Of a stretch of DNA of 64,000 bases, positions 24,747-33,079 are shown piece by piece; within the stretch, counting starts at the first letter, position 1; each line of letters opens with the position of its first letter. A program made the translations under genes and the position numbers. The stretch covers positions 62,001-126,000 of the forward strand of contig JASTWF010000360.1 in the NCBI GenBank assembly GCA_030390025.1, written 5' to 3'. The notes under the pieces are model-generated. The model saw only the letters and a program-made list of their open reading frames with translations. It did no database searches and was not told the DNA's origin. The DNA is from Squalus acanthias. Its lineage: Eukaryota.

Positions 24747-27700
24747 ATGGAAAACATCCTTAAACCATCGCGTCTTGACTTGGACCCAAACACCCCAGCA
24801 GCCGGTAAGGTGTGGAAACACTGGTATCGCACGTTTGACAATTTTCTCGAATATTGCAAGGCTGATGATGACTCAAAATTGCGGATACTCATCAACTGTG
24901 TCACCCCGAATGTATTTCAGTATGTCGAGGAATGGGGCAGTTACGAGGAGGCAATTCGGACGCTTAAAAGACTATATACTAAGACACCGAATGAGGTCTA
25001 TGCCAGACATCTACTAGCTACAGCCCAACAAGGGCCGGAGGAATCCATTGATAAATTCCTCCAAGAGCTTCGCAGACTTAGTATGGACTGTAACTTTCAG
25101 GCGGCCTCAGCTGAGCTGTACCGTGAAGAAATGATCCGTGATGCTTTCATCTGCGGGCTTGCCTCCCCATTTATACGCCAGCGTCTACTGGAAAGTAAGA
25201 CACTTGAGCTTCAGAGAGCTTATGACATGGCTTGCTCTCTAGATCTGGCAAAAAGAAATGCAGACCTTTATACAGTGCCCAGACCTCGGTCTGCTGCCTT
25301 AACTACAGTCAGGCAATTTAAGAGGCCACAGGTGAACTCTATTAGGGAGGACTTTATCCCTGACGATCAATCTGATGACTTCACTGATGAAGAGGATGAT
25401 GACCCCACTGTGGCAGCCTCTTGGCAATCTAAGAAATGCTTCTTTTGTGGTGATGAGTTTCACCCTCGGAAATTCTGCCCTGCTCGCAATGCGTTTTGCA
25501 GTCATTGCAACAAAAAGGGTCATTTTGCAAAGGTTTGCCTATCAAGAGCCTCTACGAGGGCTTATCAAGCTAAGTCCTACCGAACTGCCCCGGTAAGGGC
25601 CTATCAAGATGTTCCGGCTAAAATCTATCGTGCTTCCTCTCGAAGAAACACACCTAGAGTTTCAGCCACTCTTTGTGCAACGACACCAATTACAGCTGCT
25701 TGTCCTCAGAACCTATTCCATGCAGCTACAAAAGCATCAATTAATGGACATACTTTAGATGCCTTAATTGACTCAGGTAGCACTGATAGTTTCATTAGGG
25801 AACAGATTGTTGCAGAGTTAAAGCTACATGTTTTCCCATCGGACCAGGCAATTGCGATGGCTCAGTCATCACTTAATACCAGAATTTCTGGCTTTTGTAT
25901 GGTTGAAATAACACTTAATGGTCACAGGTATCCCTCCACCCGGCTTTCGGTGCTCAAGGACTTATGTAGTGATCTTATCTTAGGGCTAGATTTTCAAAAG
26001 CAGCATAAGAAGCTCACCATTGAGTTCGGCGGATCCAAACCTGAACTCACTATTTCTAATATACTACCTCGATTACCGTTCTGTGCATTGTCAGCAGCTT
26101 CACTGGATGAACCCTCACTGTTTACCAGTATCCCTCCTCGATGCAAACCGATTATAACAAAGTCACGACGTTTCAGTCAGGAAGACCAGTCTTTTATTGC
26201 GGCTGAGATTTCTCGGCTTTTAGCAGAGGATATCATCGAGCCTTGTTCGTCGCCATGGCGCGCCCAGGTCGTTATTGTTAAGAACCCTCTACAACCTCAC
26301 AAGAAACGGCTGTGCATTGACTATTCACAGACCATCAATCAATATACGGACTTGGACGCATACCCATTGCCGCGCATCGATGATATGGTTAATAAACTGG
26401 CTGAGTACACGGTGTTCTCAACATTTGATCTGAAAAGTGCCTATCATCAGGTACCCTTGAAGGTCTCAGACAAGCAGTATACGGCCTTTGAAGCCAATGG
26501 ACGGCTGTATCAATTTCGTCGCCTCCCCTTTGGGGTCACTAATGGAGTGGCTGTCTTCCAGCGAGCAATGGATGACCTGGTCAAACAGGAAGACTTAAAG
26601 GATACGTTTCCTTATCTGGACAATATTACTGTCGCAGGTCGCAATCAGCGGGAACATGACGCCAATCTCCAACGATTTTGGGATGCACTCCAGCACCGTA
26701 ATTTGACATTAAATGCGGCTAAATCCATTGAGTCACAACCAACCATCAACATCCTTGGCTATTGTGTGGGCAATGGCATCATTAAACCTGACCCTGAAAG
26801 GCTTCGCCCACTCCAAGAACTCCCGCCACCTAAGAATCCGGCCTCCTTGCGCCGGGCCCTCGGCCTGTTTGCATACTATGCTAAATGGATTCCTAACTTC
26901 TCGGACCGAATCCAACCTCTACTGAAGGCCAGCACATTCCCACTAGACACAGCGGCTGTTGCAGCCTTTAACCTCCTGAAAAAACAGTTGGAGAAAGCGG
27001 CTCTTCACTCCATCGATGAGAGTCTTCCTTTTGTTGTTGAGTGTGATGCCTCGGAGGTGGCGATCTCGGCCACTCTGAATCAGGAAGGTCGTCCGGTGGC
27101 ATTTTTGTCCAGGACTTTTCAAGGGGCTGAGCTACATTATCCTCCAGTCGAGAAAGAAGCTACAGCCATCATAGAGGCAGTACGGAAGTGGACTCATCTC
27201 CTAGCTCGCCAGCACTTTACCTTAATCACGGACCAGCGATCGGTCGCCTTCATGCTCGATAATCGAAAACGGACCAAAATTAAAAATAATAAAATCCAGC
27301 TTTGGCGGCTGGAATTGGCCTCTTTTGGTTACACCATCCACTATCGACCTGGCAAGGAGAATGTGGCTCCGGATACCCTCACACGAGCATTCTGCTCCGC
27401 CATGGCACCCTCTACGCTCGTAGACATCCATGATGGGTTGTGTCATCTGGGCGTTACTCGCATGCTACACTTCGTGCGGTCCCGAAATCTCCCATTCTCT
27501 ACCGGGGATGTAAAGAAGATGTGCTCGGACTGCAGAGTCTGTGCGGAATTGAAACCTCAGTTTTTCCGCCCCTCGGGTGGTATACTCATACATGCGACCC
27601 AGCCAATGCAACGGCTTAGCATCGATTTTAAGGGGCCGTTGCCCTCTTCAACTCGCAACACTTATCTATTGACCATGGTCGATGAGTATTCCCGTTTTCC

Positions 27701-28685
27701 ATTTGCCTTTCCCTGCCCCAATATGCTGACGACCACGGTTATCAGCTGCCTTGAGCAGGTATTTGCTTTCTGTGGCATGGCATCCTATGTTCATTCGGAT
27801 CGGGGCCCTTCTTTTATGTCAGGAGAACTCAAGGCCTATCTCTCGGAACGGGGTATTGCTGCCAGCAGAACGACGCCTTATCATCCGGTCGGGAATGGGC
27901 AAGTCGAGCGTTTTAACGCTATCATCTGGAATGCGGTACGTCTGGCTTTGAGATCTCGGGGCCTACCCAACCAGCAATGGGAAGCAGTACTTCCAGATGC
28001 ATTACACTCCACACGGTCCCTCCTTTCGACCGCCACAAATACGACGCCTCATGAACGGTTCTTCCGATTTCAGCGTCGCTCATCCTATGGGATATCTCTC
28101 CCGTCGTGGCTGACTGCACCGGGACCAGTGCTACTCCGAAGATATGTCCGGGCGTCTAAGAATGACCCCCTGGTAGATGAGGTTGAGCTCACTGACGTCA
28201 ACCCTACCTACGCCTATATTCGGTATCCTGACGGTCGGGAATCTACCGTGTCATTGCGGGATCTGGCTCCCTGCCCGCCGAAACATAGAGGGACACCAGG
28301 GGATGATATTGTACCAGGCACATCTCTGGGCTCGCCAGGTGCCTCTCATCACGATCTGGATCTGACGCCGGCTGGTACCTCACTCCAGCGTGCCGACCTG
28401 GGACAGACTGACTATGAGCCCGTCGGGGCTCGCACGCGCAGCCACGATCCACCCTGTATCGTACGCTCGGAAACGGATCTGCCACAGCCCTGCCCGACAC
28501 CCGTTCGGGCACCAGTACACAGTCAGGATCGTCCTGACCCCTCACAGAGCGGGCTGGACCACTCGGACTCTGGTCCACGGCCCGCGGCGGGTAAACGGGC
28601 TAGGGGCCCTCTACCGCTACGAGAACCCAAACGGGTGCGGCTCTCCCTCGTCCAGCGGCTACGAAATGGAGGGAGAATGTGGTAA
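24747..28685 (+). CDS. gag-pol: Gag-Pol polyprotein, copy 1 (1312 aa, single ORF)
   Basis: Two CX2CX4HX4C knuckles (25437-25538); protease LIDSGS; RT motifs IDY, FDLKSAYHQ, LPFG, YLDN; RNase H CDAS/EKE/TD; integrase H-X4-H...C-X2-C, IDFKGP, SDRG, NGQVER. Good Kozak context (ATCATGG). The stop lies inside the downstream LTR. Confidence 0.97.
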   Translation: MENILKPSRLDLDPNTPAAGKVWKHWYRTFDNFLEYCKADDDSKLRILINCVTPNVFQYVEEWGSYEEAIRTLKRLYTKTPNEVYARHLLATAQQGPEESIDKFLQELRRLSMDCNFQAASAELYREEMIRDAFICGLASPFIRQRLLESKTLELQRAYDMACSLDLAKRNADLYTVPRPRSAALTTVRQFKRPQVNSIREDFIPDDQSDDFTDEEDDDPTVAASWQSKKCFFCGDEFHPRKFCPARNAFCSHCNKKGHFAKVCLSRASTRAYQAKSYRTAPVRAYQDVPAKIYRASSRRNTPRVSATLCATTPITAACPQNLFHAATKASINGHTLDALIDSGSTDSFIREQIVAELKLHVFPSDQAIAMAQSSLNTRISGFCMVEITLNGHRYPSTRLSVLKDLCSDLILGLDFQKQHKKLTIEFGGSKPELTISNILPRLPFCALSAASLDEPSLFTSIPPRCKPIITKSRRFSQEDQSFIAAEISRLLAEDIIEPCSSPWRAQVVIVKNPLQPHKKRLCIDYSQTINQYTDLDAYPLPRIDDMVNKLAEYTVFSTFDLKSAYHQVPLKVSDKQYTAFEANGRLYQFRRLPFGVTNGVAVFQRAMDDLVKQEDLKDTFPYLDNITVAGRNQREHDANLQRFWDALQHRNLTLNAAKSIESQPTINILGYCVGNGIIKPDPERLRPLQELPPPKNPASLRRALGLFAYYAKWIPNFSDRIQPLLKASTFPLDTAAVAAFNLLKKQLEKAALHSIDESLPFVVECDASEVAISATLNQEGRPVAFLSRTFQGAELHYPPVEKEATAIIEAVRKWTHLLARQHFTLITDQRSVAFMLDNRKRTKIKNNKIQLWRLELASFGYTIHYRPGKENVAPDTLTRAFCSAMAPSTLVDIHDGLCHLGVTRMLHFVRSRNLPFSTGDVKKMCSDCRVCAELKPQFFRPSGGILIHATQPMQRLSIDFKGPLPSSTRNTYLLTMVDEYSRFPFAFPCPNMLTTTVISCLEQVFAFCGMASYVHSDRGPSFMSGELKAYLSERGIAASRTTPYHPVGNGQVERFNAIIWNAVRLALRSRGLPNQQWEAVLPDALHSTRSLLSTATNTTPHERFFRFQRRSSYGISLPSWLTAPGPVLLRRYVRASKNDPLVDEVELTDVNPTYAYIRYPDGRESTVSLRDLAPCPPKHRGTPGDDIVPGTSLGSPGASHHDLDLTPAGTSLQRADLGQTDYEPVGARTRSHDPPCIVRSETDLPQPCPTPVRAPVHSQDRPDPSQSGLDHSDSGPRPAAGKRARGPLPLREPKRVRLSLVQRLRNGGRMW
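28663..28677 (+). promoter_or_regulatory. Polypurine tract, copy 1
   Basis: GAAATGGAGGGAGAA directly before the LTR TG. Confidence 0.85.
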
Positions 28686-28871
28686 CACAATACAGCTTCC
28701 TGTGACTCGAACTTTATTACATCACTTCCTGTGATTAGTCCAGGATAAATACTGGGCTGATCAGTCGGATCCTGGAGAGGCATAGAGTAAGACCTCTTTT
28801 GTATGTAGCACCTTTTTAGTTGATTAAAGCTTACTTTAAGTTCACCACGCGTAAGGCTCATTCTTACGACA
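28678..28871 (+). repeat. Central shared LTR (194 bp)
   Basis: Preceded by a PPT and followed by the PBS-position sequence. Has C at 28708, like the 3' LTR. Confidence 0.96.
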
Positions 28872-28872
28872 A

Positions 28873-28883
28873 TTTAATCAACT
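28873..28883 (+). promoter_or_regulatory. Non-tRNA primer-binding-site position, copy 2
   Basis: TTTAATCAACT, complementary to AGTTGATTAAA at 28818-28828 in the central LTR. Confidence 0.75.
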
Positions 28884-28949
28884 TTGAAAAACTTCGCACT
28901 CAAACTTTTTGGACGAACTCGGAACTAAGGATCCAGGGAATCACCCATC

Positions 28950-31900
28950 ATGGAAAACATCCTTAAACCATCGCGTCTTGACTTGGACCCAAACACCCCA
29001 GCAGCCGGTAAGGTGTGGAAACACTGGTATCGCACGTTTGACAATTTTCTCGAATATTGCAAGGCTGATGATGACTCAAAATTGCGGATACTCATCAACT
29101 GTGTCACCCCGAATGTATTTCAGTATGTCGAGGAATGGGGCAGTTACGAGGAGGCAATTCGGACGCTTAAAAGACTATATACTAAGACACCGAATGAGGT
29201 CTATGCCAGACATCTACTAGCTACAGCCCAACAAGGGCCGGAGGAATCCATTGATAAATTCCTCCAAGAGCTTCGCAGACTTAGTATGGACTGTAACTTT
29301 CAGGCGGCCTCAGCTGAGCTGTACCGTGAAGAAATGATCCGTGATGCTTTCATCTGCGGGCTTGCCTCCCCATTTATACGCCAGCGTCTACTGGAAAGTA
29401 AGACACTTGAGCTTCAGAGAGCTTATGACATGGCTTGCTCTCTAGATCTGGCAAAAAGAAATGCAGACCTTTATACAGTGCCCAGACCTCGGTCTGCTGC
29501 CTTAACTACAGTCAGGCAATTTAAGAGGCCACAGGTGAACTCTATTAGGGAGGACTTTATCCCTGACGATCAATCTGATGACTTCACTGATGAAGAGGAT
29601 GATGACCCCACTGTGGCAGCCTCTTGGCAATCTAAGAAATGCTTCTTTTGTGGTGATGAGTTTCACCCTCGGAAATTCTGCCCTGCTCGCAATGCGTTTT
29701 GCAGTCATTGCAACAAAAAGGGTCATTTTGCAAAGGTTTGCCTATCAAGAGCCTCTACGAGGGCTTATCAAGCTAAGTCCTACCGAACTGCCCCGGTAAG
29801 GGCCTATCAAGATGTTCCGGCTAAAATCTATCGTGCTTCCTCTCGAAGAAACACACCTAGAGTTTCAGCCACTCTTTGTGCAACGACACCAATTACAGCT
29901 GCTTGTCCTCAGAACCTATTCCATGCAGCTACAAAAGCATCAATTAATGGACATACTTTAGATGCCTTAATTGACTCAGGTAGCACTGATAGTTTCATTA
30001 GGGAACAGATTGTTGCAGAGTTAAAGCTACATGTTTTCCCATCGGACCAGGCAATTGCGATGGCTCAGTCATCACTTAATACCAGAATTTCTGGCTTTTG
30101 TATGGTTGAAATAACACTTAATGGTCACAGGTATCCCTCCACCCGGCTTTCGGTGCTCAAGGACTTATGTAGTGATCTTATCTTAGGGCTAGATTTTCAA
30201 AAGCAGCATAAGAAGCTCACCATTGAGTTCGGCGGATCCAAACCTGAACTCACTATTTCTAATATACTACCTCGATTACCGTTCTGTGCATTGTCAGCAG
30301 CTTCACTGGATGAACCCTCACTGTTTACCAGTATCCCTCCTCGATGCAAACCGATTATAACAAAGTCACGACGTTTCAGTCAGGAAGACCAGTCTTTTAT
30401 TGCGGCTGAGATTTCTCGGCTTTTAGCAGAGGATATCATCGAGCCTTGTTCGTCGCCATGGCGCGCCCAGGTCGTTATTGTTAAGAACCCTCTACAACCT
30501 CACAAGAAACGGCTGTGCATTGACTATTCACAGACCATCAATCAATATACGGACTTGGACGCATACCCATTGCCGCGCATCGATGATATGGTTAATAAAC
30601 TGGCTGAGTACACGGTGTTCTCAACATTTGATCTGAAAAGTGCCTATCATCAGGTACCCTTGAAGGTCTCAGACAAGCAGTATACGGCCTTTGAAGCCAA
30701 TGGACGGCTGTATCAATTTCGTCGCCTCCCCTTTGGGGTCACTAATGGAGTGGCTGTCTTCCAGCGAGCAATGGATGACCTGGTCAAACAGGAAGACTTA
30801 AAGGATACGTTTCCTTATCTGGACAATATTACTGTCGCAGGTCGCAATCAGCGGGAACATGACGCCAATCTCCAACGATTTTGGGATGCACTCCAGCACC
30901 GTAATTTGACATTAAATGCGGCTAAATCCATTGAGTCACAACCAACCATCAACATCCTTGGCTATTGTGTGGGCAATGGCATCATTAAACCTGACCCTGA
31001 AAGGCTTCGCCCACTCCAAGAACTCCCGCCACCTAAGAATCCGGCCTCCTTGCGCCGGGCCCTCGGCCTGTTTGCATACTATGCTAAATGGATTCCTAAC
31101 TTCTCGGACCGAATCCAACCTCTACTGAAGGCCAGCACATTCCCACTAGACACAGCGGCTGTTGCAGCCTTTAACCTCCTGAAAAAACAGTTGGAGAAAG
31201 CGGCTCTTCACTCCATCGATGAGAGTCTTCCTTTTGTTGTTGAGTGTGATGCCTCGGAGGTGGCGATCTCGGCCACTCTGAATCAGGAAGGTCGTCCGGT
31301 GGCATTTTTGTCCAGGACTTTTCAAGGGGCTGAGCTACATTATCCTCCAGTCGAGAAAGAAGCTACAGCCATCATAGAGGCAGTACGGAAGTGGACTCAT
31401 CTCCTAGCTCGCCAGCACTTTACCTTAATCACGGACCAGCGATCGGTCGCCTTCATGCTCGATAATCGAAAACGGACCAAAATTAAAAATAATAAAATCC
31501 AGCTTTGGCGGCTGGAATTGGCCTCTTTTGGTTACACCATCCACTATCGACCTGGCAAGGAGAATGTGGCTCCGGATACCCTCACACGAGCATTCTGCTC
31601 CGCCATGGCACCCTCTACGCTCGTAGACATCCATGATGGGTTGTGTCATCTGGGCGTTACTCGCATGCTACACTTCGTGCGGTCCCGAAATCTCCCATTC
31701 TCTACCGGGGATGTAAAGAAGATGTGCTCGGACTGCAGAGTCTGTGCGGAATTGAAACCTCAGTTTTTCCGCCCCTCGGGTGGTATACTCATACATGCGA
31801 CCCAGCCAATGCAACGGCTTAGCATCGATTTTAAGGGGCCGTTGCCCTCTTCAACTCGCAACACTTATCTATTGACCATGGTCGATGAGTATTCCCGTTT

Positions 31901-32888
31901 TCCATTTGCCTTTCCCTGCCCCAATATGCTGACGACCACGGTTATCAGCTGCCTTGAGCAGGTATTTGCTTTCTGTGGCATGGCATCCTATGTTCATTCG
32001 GATCGGGGCCCTTCTTTTATGTCAGGAGAACTCAAGGCCTATCTCTCGGAACGGGGTATTGCTGCCAGCAGAACGACGCCTTATCATCCGGTCGGGAATG
32101 GGCAAGTCGAGCGTTTTAACGCTATCATCTGGAATGCGGTACGTCTGGCTTTGAGATCTCGGGGCCTACCCAACCAGCAATGGGAAGCAGTACTTCCAGA
32201 TGCATTACACTCCACACGGTCCCTCCTTTCGACCGCCACAAATACGACGCCTCATGAACGGTTCTTCCGATTTCAGCGTCGCTCATCCTATGGGATATCT
32301 CTCCCGTCGTGGCTGACTGCACCGGGACCAGTGCTACTCCGAAGATATGTCCGGGCGTCTAAGAATGACCCCCTGGTAGATGAGGTTGAGCTCACTGACG
32401 TCAACCCTACCTACGCCTATATTCGGTATCCTGACGGTCGGGAATCTACCGTGTCATTGCGGGATCTGGCTCCCTGCCCGCCGAAACATAGAGGGACACC
32501 AGGGGATGATATTGTACCAGGCACATCTCTGGGCTCGCCAGGTGCCTCTCATCACGATCTGGATCTGACGCCGGCTGGTACCTCACTCCAGCGTGCCGAC
32601 CTGGGACAGACTGACTATGAGCCCGTCGGGGCTCGCACGCGCAGCCACGATCCACCCTGTATCGTACGCTCGGAAACGGATCTGCCACAGCCCTGCCCGA
32701 CACCCGTTCGGGCACCAGTACACAGTCAGGATCGTCCTGACCCCTCACAGAGCGGGCTGGACCACTCGGACTCTGGTCCACGGCCCGCGGCGGGTAAACG
32801 GGCTAGGGGCCCTCTACCGCTACGAGAACCCAAACGGGTGCGGCTCTCCCTCGTCCAGCGGCTACGAAATGGAGGGAGAATGTGGTAA
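28950..32888 (+). CDS. gag-pol: Gag-Pol polyprotein, copy 2 (1312 aa)
   Basis: Translation in the ORF track appears identical to copy 1, offset by exactly 4203 bp. Confidence 0.97.
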   Translation: MENILKPSRLDLDPNTPAAGKVWKHWYRTFDNFLEYCKADDDSKLRILINCVTPNVFQYVEEWGSYEEAIRTLKRLYTKTPNEVYARHLLATAQQGPEESIDKFLQELRRLSMDCNFQAASAELYREEMIRDAFICGLASPFIRQRLLESKTLELQRAYDMACSLDLAKRNADLYTVPRPRSAALTTVRQFKRPQVNSIREDFIPDDQSDDFTDEEDDDPTVAASWQSKKCFFCGDEFHPRKFCPARNAFCSHCNKKGHFAKVCLSRASTRAYQAKSYRTAPVRAYQDVPAKIYRASSRRNTPRVSATLCATTPITAACPQNLFHAATKASINGHTLDALIDSGSTDSFIREQIVAELKLHVFPSDQAIAMAQSSLNTRISGFCMVEITLNGHRYPSTRLSVLKDLCSDLILGLDFQKQHKKLTIEFGGSKPELTISNILPRLPFCALSAASLDEPSLFTSIPPRCKPIITKSRRFSQEDQSFIAAEISRLLAEDIIEPCSSPWRAQVVIVKNPLQPHKKRLCIDYSQTINQYTDLDAYPLPRIDDMVNKLAEYTVFSTFDLKSAYHQVPLKVSDKQYTAFEANGRLYQFRRLPFGVTNGVAVFQRAMDDLVKQEDLKDTFPYLDNITVAGRNQREHDANLQRFWDALQHRNLTLNAAKSIESQPTINILGYCVGNGIIKPDPERLRPLQELPPPKNPASLRRALGLFAYYAKWIPNFSDRIQPLLKASTFPLDTAAVAAFNLLKKQLEKAALHSIDESLPFVVECDASEVAISATLNQEGRPVAFLSRTFQGAELHYPPVEKEATAIIEAVRKWTHLLARQHFTLITDQRSVAFMLDNRKRTKIKNNKIQLWRLELASFGYTIHYRPGKENVAPDTLTRAFCSAMAPSTLVDIHDGLCHLGVTRMLHFVRSRNLPFSTGDVKKMCSDCRVCAELKPQFFRPSGGILIHATQPMQRLSIDFKGPLPSSTRNTYLLTMVDEYSRFPFAFPCPNMLTTTVISCLEQVFAFCGMASYVHSDRGPSFMSGELKAYLSERGIAASRTTPYHPVGNGQVERFNAIIWNAVRLALRSRGLPNQQWEAVLPDALHSTRSLLSTATNTTPHERFFRFQRRSSYGISLPSWLTAPGPVLLRRYVRASKNDPLVDEVELTDVNPTYAYIRYPDGRESTVSLRDLAPCPPKHRGTPGDDIVPGTSLGSPGASHHDLDLTPAGTSLQRADLGQTDYEPVGARTRSHDPPCIVRSETDLPQPCPTPVRAPVHSQDRPDPSQSGLDHSDSGPRPAAGKRARGPLPLREPKRVRLSLVQRLRNGGRMW
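32866..32880 (+). promoter_or_regulatory. Polypurine tract, copy 2
   Basis: GAAATGGAGGGAGAA directly before the 3' LTR. Confidence 0.85.
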
Positions 32889-33074
32889 CACAATACAGCT
32901 TCCTGTGACTCGAACTTTATTACATCACTTCCTGTGATTAGTCCAGGATAAATACTGGGCTGATCAGTCGGATCCTGGAGAGGCATAGAGTAAGACCTCT
33001 TTTGTATGTAGCACCTTTTTAGTTGATTAAAGCTTACTTTAAGTTCACCACGCGTAAGGCTCATTCTTACGACA
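32881..33074 (+). repeat. 3' LTR (194 bp)
   Basis: TGTGGTAA...TTACGACA, followed directly by satellite CAATGTACTGATTGGG. Confidence 0.96.
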
Positions 33075-33079
33075 CAATG
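33075..33079 (+). repeat. Right target-site duplication CAATG
   Basis: Matches 24470-24474. HOR register arithmetic independently gives insert + TSD = 8605 bp (8600 + 5). Confidence 0.9.

Larger units (their letters stand above)
24475..33074 (+). mobile_element. Ty3/Gypsy LTR retrotransposon, head-to-tail dimer sharing a central LTR (monomer 4397 bp, period 4203 bp)
   Basis: Three 194-bp LTRs, two Gag-PR-RT-RH-IN ORFs (Gypsy domain order), polypurine tracts and one 5-bp TSD around the whole structure. No env, no chromodomain. Confidence 0.97.

Noticed and set aside
24467..33064. Short alternative-frame and antisense ORFs within the retrotransposon (env or accessory genes)
   Set aside because: All are 114 aa or shorter, overlap gag-pol or the LTRs, and show no signal peptide, transmembrane segment or known motif.
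24475..33074. Two independent or nested insertions
   Set aside because: Only three LTRs, no internal TSD, perfect PPT-LTR-PBS junctions at the centre, and a single flanking TSD.
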